Origin: Hydrogenophaga sp. | GTDB taxonomy: Bacteria > Pseudomonadota > Gammaproteobacteria > Burkholderiales > Burkholderiaceae_C | Direction of reading: 5' to 3' | NCBI GenBank assembly: GCA_021154985.1 | Contig: JAJNQE010000025.1 | Location: forward strand, 19,026-83,025 | Length of the DNA stretch: 64,000 nucleotides | Shown here: positions 60,433 to 64,000 of the stretch, piece after piece | Layout: every line of letters starts with the position of its first letter | How positions within the stretch are numbered: the first letter of the stretch is position 1 | The notes under the pieces: generated by a model | What the model saw: only the letters and a program-made list of their open reading frames with translations | Databases searched by the model: none | Told to the model about the DNA's origin: nothing | Program-made: the position numbers and the translations under genes

Positions 60433-61734
60433 TCAAAGCACATCCCGCAACCGGTGCCACAACATGCCCAGCGCCAGGCTGGGCGTGCGCAGCAACGGCC
60501 CGCCGGGAAACCGGCGGTGCTGCAGCCTCGCAAACACATCGAAGCGCCCGGCCTGCCCGGCCACCGCCTCGGCCACCAGCTGGCCGGCCAGACCGGTGAG
60601 CGCCACGCCGTGGCCGCTGAAGCCTTGCAGGTAATACACGTTGTCGCCGAGCCGGCCGAAGTCGGGCGCGCGGTTCATGCTGATGTCGACGAAGCCGCCC
60701 CACACAAAGTCGATCGGTGTCCGGGTGAGTGCCGGAAACACCTCGCCCATGCGCTGCGCCATCACGGCGGAGAGGTTGGCGGGTGTGCGGGTGGTGTAGC
60801 TCACGCGCCCGCCGAACAGCAGCCGGTGGTCGGCGCTGAAGCGGAAGTAGTCGAGCACGAAGTTGTTGTCGCACACCGCCGCGTTGCGCGGGATCAGGCG
60901 CGCGCAGAGCTCGGGGTCCAGCGGCGCGGTGCCCACGATGTAGGTGCCCACGGGCATGATGCGCGGCGCGATCTCGGGCGCCACCGCCGGGCCGTGTTCG
61001 GGCAGCATGCAGTTGCCCGCGAGCACGCCAAAACGCGCTTTCACCTGGCCCTGCGCGGTGCTGGCCACCAGCGTGGCGCCGCGCTGCAAGGCGGTCACGG
61101 GTGAGTGTTCAAAGATGCGCACACCAGCGGCCTGCGCGGCGCGCGCCAGGCCCAGCGCGTACTTGAGCGGGTGCAGGTGCCCCGAGCGCTGTTCGCGCGC
61201 GGCGGCCACATAACGCGGGCTGTTGATGAGGCGCGGCAGATCGGCGCCCTCGGCCCAGTCCACGGGGATGCCGCGCCGTTGCAGGCCGTCCATCTCCTCG
61301 CGCAGCGCGCGTTGCTTGCGCGCCGAGTCGGCCACGTACACATAGCCGTCGACGCGGTCGCAGTCGATGCCGTGCTGCGCGATGCGCGCGTCGATCAGGT
61401 CGATAGCCTCAAGCGACATGTCCCAGGCGCGCTGCGCGTCGGCAGCGCCCAGTTGTTCTTCAAACGGGTCCTGTCCGCTGGCGAAACCCACGATGGCCTG
61501 GCCACCGTTGCGCCCGCTCGCGCCGCTGCCGATGCGGTCGGCCTCCAGCACCACCACGCTCAGGCCGCGCTGCGCGAGTTCGAGCGCGGCGCTCAGGCCG
61601 CTGAAGCCCGCGCCCACCACCACCACGTCCACGGTCAGCGATTCGCTCAACGCGGGGCACGCAGCCGGACGCTGCACGCTGGCTTCGTAGTAACTCTTCT
61701 GGTTGAGCTGGGTGTCGGACCCGATGAGCGACAT
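60433..61734 (-). CDS. puuB: gamma-glutamylputrescine oxidase (FAD-dependent)
   Basis: SYYEAS, VVVVGAGFSGL, GASGRNGGQ, HLHPLKY, QGFSGHG; cluster context. Confidence 0.85.
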   Translation of the reverse strand: MSLIGSDTQLNQKSYYEASVQRPAACPALSESLTVDVVVVGAGFSGLSAALELAQRGLSVVVLEADRIGSGASGRNGGQAIVGFASGQDPFEEQLGAADAQRAWDMSLEAIDLIDARIAQHGIDCDRVDGYVYVADSARKQRALREEMDGLQRRGIPVDWAEGADLPRLINSPRYVAAAREQRSGHLHPLKYALGLARAAQAAGVRIFEHSPVTALQRGATLVASTAQGQVKARFGVLAGNCMLPEHGPAVAPEIAPRIMPVGTYIVGTAPLDPELCARLIPRNAAVCDNNFVLDYFRFSADHRLLFGGRVSYTTRTPANLSAVMAQRMGEVFPALTRTPIDFVWGGFVDISMNRAPDFGRLGDNVYYLQGFSGHGVALTGLAGQLVAEAVAGQAGRFDVFARLQHRRFPGGPLLRTPSLALGMLWHRLRDVL

Positions 61735-61740
61735 CAAGCA

Positions 61741-61820
61741 CCCCCCTGCCGCGCTGCGCGCGTTCCCCCCTGAGGGGGGACGGCACCTACGGCCCGGCAA
61801 AGCCGGTTCCGTGGAGCCCC
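61741..61820 (-). repeat. dispersed REP/MITE-like element, copy B
   Basis: reverse complement carries the identical 22-bp core CGGAACCGGCTTTGCCGGGCCG plus a CCCCCC-TCA-GGGGGG hairpin and G-run tail. Confidence 0.8.
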
Positions 61821-61861
61821 GCGATACAGGCACCTCACGCCAAAACCACAGCAAAAATGGC

Positions 61862-62782
61862 TCATAGCTTCGCCACCTGGCCGCTCAGGTAGGTCCACAC
61901 AAAGGTGGCGGCCGCGTTGCTCGTGAGTTCGGCGTGGTCATAGGCCGGGGCCACCTCCACGCAGTCCATGCCCACCCAGTTCAGGTCGGCCAGTTCTTCT
62001 AGCAGGGTCAGCACCTGCGAGCTCGTCATGCCGCCGGGCTCGGGCGTGCCGGTACCGGGGGCAAAGGCGGGGTCGAGGCAATCGATGTCCAGCGTGAGGT
62101 ACACGGGCCGCTGGCCCATGCGCGTGCGGATCGCGTCAATCACCGGTTGCAGGCCCGCGCCGTCGAGCCCGCGCAAGGCACGCGCGGTGAAGATCTGCCC
62201 GCCCTGGTCGGCCACGTATTCGCGCGCCGCGCGCTCACCGCTGGAGCGAATGCCGATCTGCACCGTGTGCGCCGCGCTCACCAGGCCCTCCTGCAGCGCT
62301 TCATAGGTACAGGTGCCGTGGCCAGAAGGCTCGCCGAAGTGGTCGCTCCAGGTGTCGCAGTGCGCGTCGAAATGCACCAAGGCCAGGGGTTCACCGCCGT
62401 GGCGGGTTTTCAAGGCGCGCAGCAGCGAGAGCGTCACCGAATGGTCGCCACCGAGAAACACGCAGTGGTGTTTTGCCATGAGCGCGGCGGCCTGCGCCTC
62501 GATGTGCTCCCGCACCACGGGCAGCGGCGAGGCGTTGGGCAGGCGCATGTCGAGCGCGTCGCCCAGGTGGTCCAGCGGAGACACGTCAAACACCGGGTGC
62601 GTGCCGTCGCACAGCATCAGGCTGGCCGCGCGGATCGCCTGGGGGCCGAAGCGCGCGCCGGGCCGGTTGGTCACCACGCCGTCAAACGGCACGCCGGCCA
62701 CCGCAAAGGGTTGGTCGGTCAGCGGCGCGCAGCCCAGGAAACGGTTGCTGTTGTTGGCGTATGCGAACTGACCCATGGCCAT
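61862..62782 (-). CDS. speB: agmatinase (ureohydrolase family)
   Basis: RPGARFGP, GGDHS, HFDAHCDT, DIDCLDPAFAPGTGTPEPGG, VEVAPAYD. Confidence 0.88.
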   Translation of the reverse strand: MAMGQFAYANNSNRFLGCAPLTDQPFAVAGVPFDGVVTNRPGARFGPQAIRAASLMLCDGTHPVFDVSPLDHLGDALDMRLPNASPLPVVREHIEAQAAALMAKHHCVFLGGDHSVTLSLLRALKTRHGGEPLALVHFDAHCDTWSDHFGEPSGHGTCTYEALQEGLVSAAHTVQIGIRSSGERAAREYVADQGGQIFTARALRGLDGAGLQPVIDAIRTRMGQRPVYLTLDIDCLDPAFAPGTGTPEPGGMTSSQVLTLLEELADLNWVGMDCVEVAPAYDHAELTSNAAATFVWTYLSGQVAKL

Positions 62783-62903
62783 GAAGCGTCCTTGGTGGGG
62801 TGGGGCGAATTGGAGCCAGAAGATACCCCCGAGGGACCGGGGGCGTGAGTCCAATTCGGGCGGGCAACCGGCGTCCACCCCGGCGCCCGCACCCATGCCG
62901 GCC

Positions 62904-64000
62904 TCACTTGCCGAACAGGTCCTTCAAACCTTCGCCGAGGCGGTCGCCCAGGTTGGCGCCGGCCCCGGTGCCCACACCGGGCATGAGCGCGGTGCCGATG
63001 GCCGCGCCCAGCAGGGCCGAGCGGCTCAGGCTCACCGAGGGGTCGTCCACCGTGCCGCCCACCACCAGCGGCACGCCCACCACGTCGCCGCCCGCGCCGC
63101 GCGTCACGTCCACCCGCACCCGGCCCGACAGGGCCTTGCTGGGCGCCACCGTCACCTCGCCCGTGGCCGCGAGCACACCCGAGCTGGCCACCAGGTTCGT
63201 GAGCTCGACCAACTGGCCGCGCGTGCGCACCTGGCCGGCCAGTGTGTCCAGCGCCGTGCTGCCGCCGCGCGACAGGCCCACCGTGGCCACCGCCTTGGCC
63301 AAATCCACGCCCTGCAGCACCGCGTCGTTCACCGTGAAGCGGGTCTGGCTGCGCAGCGCTTCCGCCACCGAGGCTGCACCCGCCGTGGGGTTGATGCGGG
63401 CCGACAGGGTGGTGCTGGCATCGAGCCGGCCGGTGAGCGTGCGGCTGGGCGCGGTCAGCGCCGACACCTCCACACCGCGCGTTTCCAGCGTGCCCTCCAG
63501 CACCAGGTCGCGCGACTTGGCCGAGGGTTCGGGCAGCGCCACCTTGAGCGGCCCCCGCAACGTGCCACCGCCCACGTCCACCCGCAGGTTCCAGGCGGTT
63601 TGCAGATCGGCCTCGCGCTGCAGCACCGCCTTCGAACCTTGCCATGGCCCCCCCGTCACGGACACGGTGGCCGCGGCCGGCCAGCCGTCGTCGTCCAGCG
63701 CCAGCCGAGCCTGCACCGTGCTGCTGCGGCCCTGCGCGCCGATCCAGGTCACGTCGTCGAGCACCACGTTGCGTGGTAGCCAGCTCAGGTCGGTTGTTTC
63801 AGCGTCGGTCTGTGCGGCAGCGGATTTTTTGGCGGGGTCCTGCAGGCGCGCCGCGAGCAACACGATGGTGGTCTGCGGCAGCACCGCCTGGCGAACCGTG
63901 AGGGTGGACACCGCAAACCGGCCCTGGAGCAATGGCCACCAGGCGGGCCGCGCCTCCACCCGGCCGAGGGTGAGCGCGGGGCGGGCCTGGATGTTGAGCC
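62904..64000 (-). CDS. AsmA-like family protein (5' truncated by window)
   Basis: beta-rich repeats, LQGVDLA..V, VPLVVGGTVDDP, C-terminal LGEGLKDLFGK. Confidence 0.65.
   Translation of the reverse strand, partial: LNIQARPALTLGRVEARPAWWPLLQGRFAVSTLTVRQAVLPQTTIVLLAARLQDPAKKSAAAQTDAETTDLSWLPRNVVLDDVTWIGAQGRSSTVQARLALDDDGWPAAATVSVTGGPWQGSKAVLQREADLQTAWNLRVDVGGGTLRGPLKVALPEPSAKSRDLVLEGTLETRGVEVSALTAPSRTLTGRLDASTTLSARINPTAGAASVAEALRSQTRFTVNDAVLQGVDLAKAVATVGLSRGGSTALDTLAGQVRTRGQLVELTNLVASSGVLAATGEVTVAPSKALSGRVRVDVTRGAGGDVVGVPLVVGGTVDDPSVSLSRSALLGAAIGTALMPGVGTGAGANLGDRLGEGLKDLFGK

Overview
A 64-kb stretch of a GC-rich betaproteobacterial chromosome. Gene content and motifs look like Comamonadaceae (Hydrogenophaga/Acidovorax-like; this is inference). 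Most of it is core genome: gshA, proA, leuS-lptE-holA, bamE-dapB-exbBD, fur, hpf-ptsN-hprK, and mnmG-rsmG-parA-parB, which carries four parS palindromes. Other clusters are an AraC-linked ABC transporter plus aromatic aldehyde dehydrogenase, an mprF-acvB(virJ) lipid-lysinylation pair, and a ~17.5-kb agmatine/putrescine gamma-glutamyl catabolic cluster with a GabR-type regulator. Accessory pieces are: a BrnTA toxin-antitoxin pair with a probably leaderless promoter; a small candidate defence islet at 8.4-10.7 kb (excisionase-HTH/PIN pair, secreted Cys/His-rich peptide, AT-richer HNH nuclease with an unusual N-terminal domain); and a lone AAA+/DUF4143 ATPase-nuclease gene with a 31-bp palindromic operator, sitting inside the polyamine cluster. 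Also seen are an unannotated 24-aa membrane peptide, a kinase-fold protein lacking the catalytic Asp, a perfect CRP-type site next to a Cys-rich Crp regulator, and several dispersed REP-like repeats. No rRNA, tRNA, CRISPR array or transposase was recognised. All product calls come from recalled family motifs, not from database searches.
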